The position numbers were made by a program, and so were the translations under genes. Positions 52,610-62,308 of a stretch of DNA of 64,000 nucleotides are shown here, piece after piece (within the stretch, counting starts at the first letter, position 1; the number at the start of each line of letters is the position of its first letter). Source of the stretch: a virus; IMG/VR virus record IMGVR_UViG_3300045988_175656. One strand, given 5' to 3'. The notes beneath the pieces are model-generated. The model saw only the letters and a list, made by a program, of their open reading frames with translations, searched no databases and was not told where the DNA came from.

Positions 52610-53200
52610 ATGAACAAAATTAAAATTGTGTTTGCTTCACATAACAAACACAAAATAGATGAAATTAAGCAAATTCTTGGTGATAGATTTGAAATTACCA
52701 GTTTGACTGATTTAGGTGTAACAGAAGAAATTCCAGAAACAGGAAACAGTTATTTTGAAAACGCAAATATAAAAGCAAGTTATGTTTACAATAAATTTGG
52801 TTTAAATTGTTTTGCTGATGATAGTGGTATTGAATTTTCAGGTTTATTAGGCGAACCAGGCATATTTTCAGCTCGCTGGGCAGGCGAAAATGCCACAGGC
52901 GAGGATTTGGTTGAAAAGTCGTTAAAATTGCTTGGTGACTCTTTAAATAGGTCTGCAATACAACTTACAACGATAGTAGTTTATATTGATGGAGAAATGC
53001 ATATGTTTAATGGAAGTTTAAGTGGGTTTATCACTTATCAACCATTTGGCTGTAATGGGTTTGCTTATGATAAAATATTTGTACCTAATAACTGTGAAAA
53101 GACTTTAGCTGAAATGACAAATGAAGAAAAGAATGTTATTTCTCATAGAGGTATAGCAGTTAGAAAATTAAAAGAGTTTCTTTTGAATAAAATATGTTAA
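52610..53200 (+). CDS. rdgB: non-canonical purine NTP pyrophosphatase (RdgB/HAM1)
   Basis: KIVFASHNKHKIDEI, ETGNSYFENANIKA, FADDSGIE and GIFSARWAG motifs. Confidence 0.9.
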   Translation: MNKIKIVFASHNKHKIDEIKQILGDRFEITSLTDLGVTEEIPETGNSYFENANIKASYVYNKFGLNCFADDSGIEFSGLLGEPGIFSARWAGENATGEDLVEKSLKLLGDSLNRSAIQLTTIVVYIDGEMHMFNGSLSGFITYQPFGCNGFAYDKIFVPNNCEKTLAEMTNEEKNVISHRGIAVRKLKEFLLNKIC

Positions 53201-53313
53201 AAAAGATTAGAAAATTCATTCAAAGTGAGGATTTTGCAATTTATTTTAGTATATTTGCATTACTGATTACATTTGCACTTGTTTACATAACATATATTAA
53301 ACCAACATTATGA
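53194..53313 (+). CDS. small membrane protein (39 aa), translationally coupled on both sides
   Basis: Hand-translated MLKKIRKFIQSEDFAIYFSIFALLITFALVYITYIKPTL. It overlaps the rdgB stop and the next start (ATGA). Confidence 0.4.
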   Translation: MLKKIRKFIQSEDFAIYFSIFALLITFALVYITYIKPTL

Positions 53314-53696
53314 AACGTAGAATCGAAAAAAAGAAAGACCCTAAGTATTTAGGAATTCCAAATATAAATTTTTCTTTATCAAAATCATCAGATAAAAGAG
53401 AAGGAAAATATATGAATCAAAGAAAGTTAAGAGGGTTTGATGATACAGAACTGTGGTCATTGGATTGTACAATATGTCGTTTTATTGCACCTCGTTTAAA
53501 AGTTTTTATTGAAAATACAATGAGTTCTTGCCCTGGTAAATTTATGGATAATCCTGATGAATGGGTTGAAATTTTAAATAAAATGTTATATGCATTTGAA
53601 CATTATGAAGTGAATTATAAGATGGATGAAAATGCAGATAAAATAGAAGAAGGGTTAAATTTGTTTCATGAATATTTTAATATGTTATGGGATTAA
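53310..53696 (+). CDS. hypothetical protein
   Basis: ORF track only. Confidence 0.55.
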   Translation: MKRRIEKKKDPKYLGIPNINFSLSKSSDKREGKYMNQRKLRGFDDTELWSLDCTICRFIAPRLKVFIENTMSSCPGKFMDNPDEWVEILNKMLYAFEHYEVNYKMDENADKIEEGLNLFHEYFNMLWD

Positions 53697-53863
53697 AAGA
53701 GAATGAATTTATTATATGTCCTAATTGTAAAGGTAGAAAATATGTATATGACCATATGTTAGGTTGTTTTACATTAGGAATTGGATATTTGATGGGCAGA
53801 GATGATAAATGCCCTACTTGTGATGGTAAAGGATTTATAAAAGTTACAGATGGTAAAAAATAA
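53687..53863 (+). CDS. small zinc-ribbon protein (58 aa)
   Basis: Hand-translated MGLKENEFIICPNCKGRKY...KCPTCDGKGF. The antisense ORF 53677-53973 is rejected. Confidence 0.5.
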   Translation: MGLKENEFIICPNCKGRKYVYDHMLGCFTLGIGYLMGRDDKCPTCDGKGFIKVTDGKK

Positions 53864-53875
53864 AACAGAAGTATT

Positions 53876-54343
53876 ATGATTAGTGATAAATTAGACAATT
53901 TGATTGCAGAAGCAATGAAAAACCATGAAACTGAAAAGTTAGAAGTTTTAAGATTAATTAAGACTAAGTTCATGGAGTATAAAACAGCTAAAGCTGGAAA
54001 TGTATTGGATGAACAGACTGAAGCAAGTATATTAATTAAGATGATTTCTCAAAGAGAAGATTCGATTAAACAATATACCAATGCAAAACGTCCTGAATTA
54101 GCTGAACAAGAAGCAAAAGAAATTAATATTATTCAAGAGTTTGCACCAAAACAAGCAACAGATGAAGAAATTGAAAATTTCACAAGTTCTACAATTACAG
54201 CTTATAAATTAACAAAAGAAGAAGGTTATATAATTTCTATGAGAGATATGAAACCAATTATGGAGCTTGTTAAAGCTGAATATCCTATGGCTAATGGGAA
54301 AGTTGTGTCTAAAGTAATGAATAACTATATTAATGGTAAGTAA
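53876..54343 (+). CDS. GatB/YqeY-domain protein
   Basis: Collinear with YqeY: L..LIAEAMK....EKLEVLRLIK......K ... QREDSIKQY..A.RPELAEQE..EI.II. Confidence 0.8.
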   Translation: MISDKLDNLIAEAMKNHETEKLEVLRLIKTKFMEYKTAKAGNVLDEQTEASILIKMISQREDSIKQYTNAKRPELAEQEAKEINIIQEFAPKQATDEEIENFTSSTITAYKLTKEEGYIISMRDMKPIMELVKAEYPMANGKVVSKVMNNYINGK

Positions 54344-54576
54344 TGGCTAAATTTATAGTAGGTAGTATAGGAACAATACTTAGTGTATTGATTATATTGT
54401 TTGGAAGTTCTTTATTAGAAGGTATTATATTATGGGTATCATATCCATCATTAATAAAATTATTTCCAATTTTAGGATGTTATTTACCATTAAGTATATC
54501 ATATTGGAATAGTGCTATGATAATGGCATTATTGAATTTAATAATTGGAACTATTAGTAAATTATGGAAGAAATAA
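54343..54576 (+). CDS. small membrane protein
   Basis: Two hydrophobic helices. Confidence 0.5.
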   Translation: MAKFIVGSIGTILSVLIILFGSSLLEGIILWVSYPSLIKLFPILGCYLPLSISYWNSAMIMALLNLIIGTISKLWKK

Positions 54577-54788
54577 GTAAATATCCTTATCTTGGAAAGT
54601 TTAGTTTTCCAAATAATGAGGAAATGGCATATGTTGTATTGTTCAATCGTCCTAAAACTGGTATGATTGTTTCAAGTAACATAGTTGGTAATACATTATT
54701 AGAAATTGGTAGCTATTCTGAAGAATGGGATGAAAATTCATTCACTTATTTACCAAAAGAAATTGATGTAAGATTGAATAATGATTAA
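54564..54788 (+). CDS. hypothetical protein
   Basis: ORF track only. Confidence 0.5.
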   Translation: MEEISKYPYLGKFSFPNNEEMAYVVLFNRPKTGMIVSSNIVGNTLLEIGSYSEEWDENSFTYLPKEIDVRLNND

Positions 54789-54799
54789 ATAAAAATAAA

Positions 54800-55336
54800 A
54801 TGAATATGAATTGTTGTAGTAATGAAAGCAAAGCAACTTTGGCTTATGTAAATGATTGTGGTTCAAGTGAAATTTTAACCAAAGAAGTGGACTTGTCAAG
54901 TAAAGAAAGTGTTTTGAAAAGACATAAAGAATTAGAACAAGTACAAAGAAATTTGTATGATAAAATGGAGAATCTAGGAAAGAAATATACAGAATTGTTT
55001 AAGACAGAATTAATTAATAGAAATATTAAAGGCAAATGTTTTGTCTCTGATAAAAATATTAATAGTTGTTATGGTCCAATAAACGATGTTAAGTCCAAAT
55101 ATGTTGAATATTTTAGAGTGACAGAAATTAAATATGTATATTATAATTCAATTACATTAGTTTGCGATTTTTTTAATAAATATGAAGATGAAAATTCAAA
55201 GAAAGCGTATCATTTTGGTCATGGTGTAATTGAAGTACTTCATTCAGCTCTTGATGAAAAGAATGAAATTACACTTCAAGAATTTAAGCAAAAACGTGAA
55301 GAATATTTTAATGAATATAAAGAATATGTTCAATGA
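54800..55336 (+). CDS. hypothetical protein
   Basis: ORF track only. Confidence 0.55.
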   Translation: MNMNCCSNESKATLAYVNDCGSSEILTKEVDLSSKESVLKRHKELEQVQRNLYDKMENLGKKYTELFKTELINRNIKGKCFVSDKNINSCYGPINDVKSKYVEYFRVTEIKYVYYNSITLVCDFFNKYEDENSKKAYHFGHGVIEVLHSALDEKNEITLQEFKQKREEYFNEYKEYVQ

Positions 55337-55809
55337 GAGTAAATAAAGATTATGTATTTTTCTGGGGAAGCGAATTTTCTAATTGGTTTCCCTCAGAATT
55401 TCAGTTAGAAGGAAAGAAGTTCTATAATGCAGAACAATATTTCATGTATAAAAAAGCTAAATTTTTTAACGATGAAGAAATGGCTATGGCTATTTTGTGT
55501 ACTGATGACCCTAAAGTAGCTAAGAAATTAGGACGTAAAGTTAAAAATTTTAAAGATATTGCTTGGTCAAAAGTTCGTAAAGAATATATGAAAGAAGCTT
55601 GTAGAGCTAAATTTACACAAAATTTAGATTTAAAAGAGAAACTTCTTAGTCATAAAACACAAACTTATGTTGAAGCTTCTCCTTATGATATTATTTGGGG
55701 TGTTGGATTAAGTGAGGACAATCCACAAATAAATAATAAGGAGAATTGGTTAGGAAAAAATCTTTTAGGAGAAGTTTTAACTGAATTAAGAGATGAACTT
55801 AGTAAATAA
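55333..55809 (+). CDS. NADAR (YbiA/DUF1768) family protein
   Basis: FFWGSEFSNWFPSEF..EGKKFYNAEQYFMYKKAKFF and IWGVGL motifs. Confidence 0.85.
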   Translation: MRVNKDYVFFWGSEFSNWFPSEFQLEGKKFYNAEQYFMYKKAKFFNDEEMAMAILCTDDPKVAKKLGRKVKNFKDIAWSKVRKEYMKEACRAKFTQNLDLKEKLLSHKTQTYVEASPYDIIWGVGLSEDNPQINNKENWLGKNLLGEVLTELRDELSK

Positions 55810-55815
55810 AATAAT

Positions 55816-56226
55816 ATGGGTACAGATAGAGTGACTATTGATTTACCATCTTATTTATCAATTGATACTGATGATGGTTTAAAAATTGAAATTGATACTG
55901 ACAAATATCTAAATTCCTTGAAAACTTATGACATTGTATATCATCTTGAAGGTAGGCATGATTATGACCCACTTGACGATGCAGATGATGATGATTTAGT
56001 TGAAGAATTGAGAAACCGTAATTATGACTTTTCAGGCGAATTGGATGACTATGATATAGATTGTGAATATTTCAATAGAGGTCTAGGGGATAATGCAAGT
56101 GTAGTAGATTGCTTAATTCAAGCAGCTAAAATATTAGCACCAAGAAGAATTTTAGATAAAGCCACAATTAAAGAAATAATAAATGATTTTATTGATTCAT
56201 CATTAGATAATAGATGCTATAAGTAA
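55816..56226 (+). CDS. hypothetical acidic protein
   Basis: ORF track only. Confidence 0.55.
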   Translation: MGTDRVTIDLPSYLSIDTDDGLKIEIDTDKYLNSLKTYDIVYHLEGRHDYDPLDDADDDDLVEELRNRNYDFSGELDDYDIDCEYFNRGLGDNASVVDCLIQAAKILAPRRILDKATIKEIINDFIDSSLDNRCYK

Positions 56227-56260
56227 GTGTAATTTTACTTTTTATTATATTTAATATTAA

Positions 56261-56587
56261 ATGATATTACATACAATGAATAAAATTAGTATTAAAGAAT
56301 CGGTATTAATGGATTGTATTATTGAAGCGATACAAGCATCTTTATTTGATGATGGTGTTTCTCCTGAACAAGAAGAATTATATAATAAAAAGAAAATTGC
56401 AAGACAAAATGCAGCAAAGAAAGCAGCCCAAACTCGTTCTGTTAATAAACAGAATAAAGAAAAAGCAATTAACAAAGCACATGTTATAGCAAGAGGGACT
56501 GGAGAAGATTTATTTGGTAATAAGGTATCAGATGATGAACGAAAAGAAGCTGAAAATTATCTTCAGAAAAATGTGAAGAGAAAATAA
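56261..56587 (+). CDS. hypothetical protein
   Basis: ORF track only. Confidence 0.55.
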   Translation: MILHTMNKISIKESVLMDCIIEAIQASLFDDGVSPEQEELYNKKKIARQNAAKKAAQTRSVNKQNKEKAINKAHVIARGTGEDLFGNKVSDDERKEAENYLQKNVKRK

Positions 56588-56617
56588 AAATGGGAACTAA
56601 AAATAGTTCCCATTTTT
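56587..56617. terminator. bidirectional terminator between convergent genes
   Basis: Stem aaaatgggaacta/tagttcccatttt; same GGGAACT core as the terminator at 47558. Confidence 0.7.
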
Positions 56618-56622
56618 GTATA

Positions 56623-57096
56623 TTAAAATTCGTTCCAAGTAAGAACATTTTTACTTATTTTATCATCAACAGTGTTCTTATCATAAAAATTATTATCAAT
56701 ATATTCTTTATCATAAAAGTTATCTATTAATGATGTTAAATCTAAGCTGATGGTTGTTGCATCATTTAATGTGAATACCATAGTATTAGTATCATTATTA
56801 AACAACACATTAGATAAAAATTTATCGACAAGATTTATTGTTTTTGTTGGTTGATTTGAATAAGTAATTTCTAAAGAGTTATTAACTGAATTATATTTTA
56901 TGTCACTAACACCTTGACTCATTCCACCACCATTAACAATCATTTCGTATATTACACGGTAAAATGATACATAATTATCATTTAATTGTATATCATCTCC
57001 ACTAATATCTTTTAGTTGATTTAATGTGCTATTAAGTGGGCTTGGCGTTGTGAATCCCCAGCTAGCAAGTGGATTAGATTTACTTATTTCTCTCAT
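56623..57096 (-). CDS. hypothetical structural protein (tail-fibre module)
   Basis: ORF track; last gene of the minus-strand block. Confidence 0.55.
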   Translation of the reverse strand: MREISKSNPLASWGFTTPSPLNSTLNQLKDISGDDIQLNDNYVSFYRVIYEMIVNGGGMSQGVSDIKYNSVNNSLEITYSNQPTKTINLVDKFLSNVLFNNDTNTMVFTLNDATTISLDLTSLIDNFYDKEYIDNNFYDKNTVDDKISKNVLTWNEF

Positions 57097-57126
57097 TTTT
57101 GTTTTTTAATTTACATTGAAATATTA

Positions 57127-58344
57127 TTAAAATTCACCCCATATCAAAGATGCTGTTAAACCATTAGCTGTTTTTTCTAAAACAACACCACCTGTTGTTT
57201 CGTCAGGTTGTGGTGCTAATTTTACAGATACACCATTTGCACTTGTTTCTAATGAAGGTGTTGTAGAGTTAATTTTAAGAGCCGCTTTTAAGCCATCGCT
57301 TTCTTTAGTTAAAGTTACATCTCCTTGTGTTGCAGTAATTTTAACATCTGCTTGCAATTCATATGCATTATAAGTCAAATCAACTGTGTTTGTATCAAGC
57401 ACAGTCATTTGAGCAGGAGTTGCCACAAATAAACCATCTGATTTTATTTCCAATGCATTGTTACTTTCAGCAGATTTCTTAACATCAGTTGTTATTTTGT
57501 TAGCTGCAACTGTAACATTTGCTGTTGAGGTGGTATCACCACTTAATGATGGTGTTGGTGGTACATACAAACCATCTGTTTTCCCAACTAATATGTTATC
57601 CCCATCAGTTGTTGATAAATTAACATTTGCTGTAACGTTAACAGTATTAGAAGTTTCAACTGCTGTTAATGTAACAGAACTACTTGATTGAAAAGTATAT
57701 GCTTTATATAAATCGTCAGTTGGCACTACAATGGCTTCATAAGTGATACCACTAGTTGATTCTTCTCTCATAATGAAAACAATACTTGGTTCTGAAATTG
57801 TAGCTGTAATACCACTCCATTCTTTACCAACTATCCATGCATTAAATTCAGCTTGATTTTTGACAAATGTTGCTCCAGCTAAAAATGAATCTTGAAGTAA
57901 ATCAACAGCATCTCCAACATTAGCCCATGCAGTTCCATTATAATATTGTAGTTGTAATGAGCCACTTTCATAAATAGCTTTTATTGTTGAATATAATCCA
58001 CTACCATCATTTATCAATATATTATTTCCAGTTGCAACAGCTTTACTTACCACAACATCAACTGTAATATCTCCGTTGTTATCAATAGTCATATTAGTCG
58101 CATCTCCATTAATACCATTTAATAATGTAACAGTTTTAGTTGTACCATCTGTTTTCGTAAAAGTTGCAACAAGTGCATTGTTATTTGTTGTTATAACAAC
58201 ATCAGTAAAATCTTCACCACCTGCATACCATTTTTTATCTAATAATTGTATGATACCACTATCAGTTTTGAAGTATATGTTACCATCAGTTGTAGCATTC
58301 ACAGGGATTGCATTAGTTCCTTTAAAAAATTTTAAATTCGCCAT
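57127..58344 (-). CDS. tail-fibre-like protein (T/N/V-rich)
   Basis: Shared N-terminal motif MANLKFFKGTNAIPVNATTDGNIYFKTDSG; T/V/N-rich beta-type body. Confidence 0.6.
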   Translation of the reverse strand: MANLKFFKGTNAIPVNATTDGNIYFKTDSGIIQLLDKKWYAGGEDFTDVVITTNNNALVATFTKTDGTTKTVTLLNGINGDATNMTIDNNGDITVDVVVSKAVATGNNILINDGSGLYSTIKAIYESGSLQLQYYNGTAWANVGDAVDLLQDSFLAGATFVKNQAEFNAWIVGKEWSGITATISEPSIVFIMREESTSGITYEAIVVPTDDLYKAYTFQSSSSVTLTAVETSNTVNVTANVNLSTTDGDNILVGKTDGLYVPPTPSLSGDTTSTANVTVAANKITTDVKKSAESNNALEIKSDGLFVATPAQMTVLDTNTVDLTYNAYELQADVKITATQGDVTLTKESDGLKAALKINSTTPSLETSANGVSVKLAPQPDETTGGVVLEKTANGLTASLIWGEF

Positions 58345-58369
58345 TAATTTTATTTTTATTATTTATTTA

Positions 58370-59227
58370 TTATTTGAAATACATATCATTAATATACATT
58401 GTGACTGATTCACTTTCTGATGAACTACCATTCATTAATATTCCACTTAATTTTTGTATGTTCATACCTGTTGATATAATATCAGAAATAGGTATAATGA
58501 TATGATTCCAGTTTTTAGATTTTAGTTTATTTGTAAAAGATATTTGGTAGTTATATTCTACATTATCCCAACTAATAAATCTTAATTCAAAACCATATGG
58601 TACTTCACTAAACATTGTTATATAAAAATTGTTTAAACCAGCCATGTTTAATGCCCCATTAGGCTCTCCATTAAAGTTAAAAAATAATTGACCTGCACCA
58701 CTTATTTTTTTGATAATAGTTTGACCACCACTAGCAGGAGTGCCATAATCTTCAACTAAAATCTTTCCAATTGGTTCAAACCAAGGTTCTAACGAATAAT
58801 TAACATTTGAGCCTTGGTTGCTGAATATTACTTTTCCACCATTTAATATATCATCAACAGTATGATAATCTATAACAGGTACTTTTCTACCTATTTCTCC
58901 AATTGCTGTATGATATAATCTAAAAGTTGTGTTATCTGGTACTGGTTGCCCTTGATATTCAATAGCACCTTTAATCCAACTTTTAGTATCTAAAAGATAA
59001 GACAATTTATCTGATGTTGTAGTGCCATAAGATTCACCACTAATTTCATCAAGTTTATTATTGATATTATTAATTATTGAATTAAGTTCATTTTCAGTAA
59101 CCCATAGTTTTTTATCACCTAAAAAGCCTTTTAATGTGTCTTTAGTTATGTAAATACTATTGTCATCTTTTTCAGTAATATTGGTATAATTTTCCTCTAA
59201 TCCTTGTAGAAAATGTAAATCTTTCAT
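58370..59227 (-). CDS. tail-fibre or baseplate-associated protein
   Basis: N-terminal MKDLHFLQGLEENYTNITEKDDNSIYITKDT is paralogous to its neighbours. Confidence 0.55.
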   Translation of the reverse strand: MKDLHFLQGLEENYTNITEKDDNSIYITKDTLKGFLGDKKLWVTENELNSIINNINNKLDEISGESYGTTTSDKLSYLLDTKSWIKGAIEYQGQPVPDNTTFRLYHTAIGEIGRKVPVIDYHTVDDILNGGKVIFSNQGSNVNYSLEPWFEPIGKILVEDYGTPASGGQTIIKKISGAGQLFFNFNGEPNGALNMAGLNNFYITMFSEVPYGFELRFISWDNVEYNYQISFTNKLKSKNWNHIIIPISDIISTGMNIQKLSGILMNGSSSESESVTMYINDMYFK

Positions 59228-59391
59228 ATTGTTCCAGTTTTTGATTCTAAATCATCTTTTGTTATCCATAATTTTTTAGCTCCTAAATAACCATTATTTT
59301 TATCACTGGTTATATATAAAGTGTATTCATCTTTAATAGATAAATTTTGATAATTTTGTTCTGTACATATTTTTAATTTAAATCTATTCAT
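59224..59391 (-). CDS. small protein (55 aa) consisting of the shared fibre N-terminal motif
   Basis: Hand-translated MNRFKLKICTEQNYQNLSIKDEYTLYITSDKNNGYLGAKKLWITKDD...; ATGA overlap with the next gene. Confidence 0.45.
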   Translation of the reverse strand: MNRFKLKICTEQNYQNLSIKDEYTLYITSDKNNGYLGAKKLWITKDDLESKTGTI

Positions 59392-59478
59392 ATAACAAAA
59401 GGCGTTTGAAATAAATAGTAATTAATAAATTTATTTATTAACGTTAAATTTATGAAAATATTTGGAAGTTTTAATTTT

Positions 59479-59497
59479 TAGTTGTATATTTGCAAAA
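59479..59497 (+). promoter_or_regulatory. Bacteroidota-type promoter
   Basis: tagttgtatatttgcaaaa in the divergent intergenic region. Confidence 0.6.
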
Positions 59498-59623
59498 AGT
59501 TTAAAAACAATCCATTATAAATAGTGTGAATGGTATTGTGATGTAATTTATTCTATTTTATAGAAAGCGTAAAATAGAATAACTTTAGCGAAGTTTAGAA
59601 CATTGATAAAAACAAAAATATTT

Positions 59624-60829
59624 ATGAAACTATTAGAGAAAATTATAAATCAAGAAACTTATATGGTTAATTGGGATGAAGTGGCAAAAATACCAGAATT
59701 TGGCGTTTTAAAAAAAACTGAACAGAATCCTAAATGGCATTCAGAAGGAAATGTATGGAATCATACAGTAAATGTGGTAAATGAAATGTATAAATTAGTA
59801 CCATATAACGAATCAGATAAAATATTCTCTGATATGAGACATCAAAGACGTTTAGTTATGGTTGCTGCTGCTTTGTTTCATGATATAGGCAAAGGTGCTA
59901 CAACCAAATGGTCAGATGAAAAGGGTTCATGGACTTCTCCACGTCATGCGCCTGTTGGTGAACAAATCACACGTAGATTGTTATGGGATGAAGATTTTTT
60001 TGTTAGAGAAAAAATATGCTCTTTGGTTAGAAACCATATGAAACCGTTATATATTTATGATTCTGAAACTCCTGTTCGTGATGTAATATTTTTAGCTGAA
60101 GAGCCTATATCTTTTAACAATTTAATTACGTTAAAAATTGCTGATTGTTTAGGCGCAATTCAAACTGAAGAAGATGGATGGAGAGATAAATTAGAATATG
60201 CAAAAGAAATAGCCCAAGACTATAAATGTTTAGAAAATCCTTATAAGTTTTCTAATGAATATAGTCGTTTTGAATTTTTCCATAATCAAAAAATGGAATA
60301 TCCTGTGGATTTGTATAATCCATCTAATGTAGGTAATTTTACAGTATATTTTATGATTGGATTACCTGGTTCAGGCAAAGATACATATATTAAAAACCAT
60401 TTGTCTAATATTCCAACTGTTTGTAGAGACGAAATTCGCACTGAAATTGGTATTAAAGGTGAAAAGCCAATGGGCAATAAAAAGCAAGAAGATGAAGTTA
60501 CTCGTATTCAAAATGAAAGAATTTTGGAATATGCAAGAAAACATCAATCTTTCATTATCAATGCAACTAATTTAAAAAGAATGTATCGTGATGGGTTTAA
60601 ATCAATGTTAGCTCCATACAATGCTCGTATCGAATATGTGTATGTAGAAGCACCTGATTTTAACAAAACACTTGAAAGAAGAAAAGGTACAATACCACAA
60701 GATGTTATTAAAAGAATGAGAGAATATTTTGAATTTCCACGTCCAAATGAAGCTTATGCAATAAGAATTGATGTACAAAGAAATTCAATTTATGGTAAAA
60801 CAACTGATTATGAAGGAAAAGACAAATGA
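59624..60829 (+). CDS. HD phosphohydrolase fused to P-loop polynucleotide-kinase-like domain (RNA end-healing enzyme)
   Basis: ORF trimmed to its first ATG. HD part NPKWHSEGNVWNHT ... AALFHDIGK (like the CCA-enzyme HD domain). Kinase part with Walker A GLPGSGKDT. Confidence 0.75.
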   Translation: MKLLEKIINQETYMVNWDEVAKIPEFGVLKKTEQNPKWHSEGNVWNHTVNVVNEMYKLVPYNESDKIFSDMRHQRRLVMVAAALFHDIGKGATTKWSDEKGSWTSPRHAPVGEQITRRLLWDEDFFVREKICSLVRNHMKPLYIYDSETPVRDVIFLAEEPISFNNLITLKIADCLGAIQTEEDGWRDKLEYAKEIAQDYKCLENPYKFSNEYSRFEFFHNQKMEYPVDLYNPSNVGNFTVYFMIGLPGSGKDTYIKNHLSNIPTVCRDEIRTEIGIKGEKPMGNKKQEDEVTRIQNERILEYARKHQSFIINATNLKRMYRDGFKSMLAPYNARIEYVYVEAPDFNKTLERRKGTIPQDVIKRMREYFEFPRPNEAYAIRIDVQRNSIYGKTTDYEGKDK

Positions 60830-61268
60830 TAAACTTCAAACACCATATGAATTGTTTGGTGTTGAATGTGGAGATGGGTGGAAAGGTTTACTAAAACCCA
60901 TCTTTGATTATATTGAAAAATATAATTCTGAACATACAAAAAATCCAATTGTAATTGAACAAGTTAAAGAAAAATTTGGACAATTAAGATTTTATGTTAA
61001 TTTCGAAACAGAAGAACTTTCAAAATTGATTGAAGATGCTGAATGTGATTCATGGGAAACATGTGAGTTATGTGGTAGTAAAGAACATATTGGTCATACA
61101 ACTGGGTGGGTTATGACTATTTGCCATGATTGTATCAAGAAAAATGCTGTTGGTAGAAAGAATGATAGAATGTGGATTAATTATGCTAATGATAAAAAAT
61201 ATATTATTTCACATGATGAAAATATACCTGATAAAGAAATAGTGAAAAATGAAAGAAATGTGCAATAA
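60810..61268 (+). CDS. hypothetical Cys-containing protein (start uncertain)
   Basis: ORF track; CELCGS...CHDC pairs. Confidence 0.5.
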   Translation: MKEKTNDKLQTPYELFGVECGDGWKGLLKPIFDYIEKYNSEHTKNPIVIEQVKEKFGQLRFYVNFETEELSKLIEDAECDSWETCELCGSKEHIGHTTGWVMTICHDCIKKNAVGRKNDRMWINYANDKKYIISHDENIPDKEIVKNERNVQ

Positions 61269-61407
61269 CAAAATTGAAATATATAAGAAACAAGTAATTG
61301 ATAAATTACATATTCTTATAGGAGCAATGATATTAGATGGTTATGATGAATATGATTCTTGTGTTAAATATGTAAATGAATTGATTAAAGAATTAGAAAA
61401 CGAATGA
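61249..61407 (+). CDS. small hypothetical protein (52 aa)
   Basis: Hand-translated MKEMCNNKIEIYKKQVIDKLH...; followed by a terminator. Confidence 0.4.
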   Translation: MKEMCNNKIEIYKKQVIDKLHILIGAMILDGYDEYDSCVKYVNELIKELENE

Positions 61408-61431
61408 CTTAAATATAGATTAAGAATAATT

Positions 61432-61462
61432 AACGGAACTTATTTGCAAGTTCCGTTTTTTG
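61432..61462 (+). terminator. rho-independent terminator
   Basis: Stem aacggaact/agttccgtt followed by ttttt. Confidence 0.7.
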
Positions 61463-61478
61463 TTTCTATATTTGCATC
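61463..61478 (+). promoter_or_regulatory. Bacteroidota-type promoter
   Basis: tttctatatttgcatc; same TTTCTATATTTGCA variant as at 14-29 and 30420-30433. Confidence 0.55.
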
Positions 61479-61501
61479 ATAATAATAAATCATAAAACAA
61501 A

Positions 61502-62308
61502 ATGGAAGAACAAAGAATTAGTAGTTTTGCATCTTACAATGCTAACATGAAAAAAAGTTTAATGGATAAAATTTATTTCATTGACAAAACTGAAGCAACT
61601 GTTTTTGTAGATTTTGGCTGTGCTGATGGAGAGTTAATTAAATTTATGAATGCATTGTTTCCTGAATATACATATATTGGATATGATATATCAGAAAGTA
61701 TGATTGAAGCTGCTCATATTAATATTGCAGGTAAAGATAATGTTAATCTTCCAAAAAATATACATCTATATAGTGAATGGAATGCATTAGAAAAATTTTT
61801 GAATGAGAACTATATAAATTCTAAAAAAGCTATTATTCTTAATTCAGTTATACATGAAGTATATTCTTATTCGACACTCCTTGCAATTGATACTTTTTGG
61901 GATGTAGTATTTGGTGGAAAGTTTGAATATGTAGTTATTCGTGATATGTTGCCAAGTATGTCAATTAATAAAAAATCCAATATAAATGACATTGCTAAAG
62001 TAAGAAGAAAGGCAAATAAATCACATCTTTCTGATTATGAAAATCATTGGGGGTCTATTAATGAAAATAAGAATTTGATTCATTTTCTACTTAAATATAG
62101 ATGGATTGAAAATTGGGATAGAGAGGTAAAAGAAAATTATTTTCCAATTTATGTGGAAAATTTTATGGAACATATTACTGACAAATATGTAATTGACTAT
62201 TATGAGGAATTTATTTTACCTTATACTAAAAGACAAATATTAAAAGATTTTGATATTGAATTAAAAGATAATACACACATTAAATGTATATTGAGATATG
62301 ATAAATAA
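61502..62308 (+). CDS. SAM-dependent methyltransferase
   Basis: Motif I VFVDFGCADGELI and a class I MTase layout. Confidence 0.7.
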   Translation: MEEQRISSFASYNANMKKSLMDKIYFIDKTEATVFVDFGCADGELIKFMNALFPEYTYIGYDISESMIEAAHINIAGKDNVNLPKNIHLYSEWNALEKFLNENYINSKKAIILNSVIHEVYSYSTLLAIDTFWDVVFGGKFEYVVIRDMLPSMSINKKSNINDIAKVRRKANKSHLSDYENHWGSINENKNLIHFLLKYRWIENWDREVKENYFPIYVENFMEHITDKYVIDYYEEFILPYTKRQILKDFDIELKDNTHIKCILRYDK

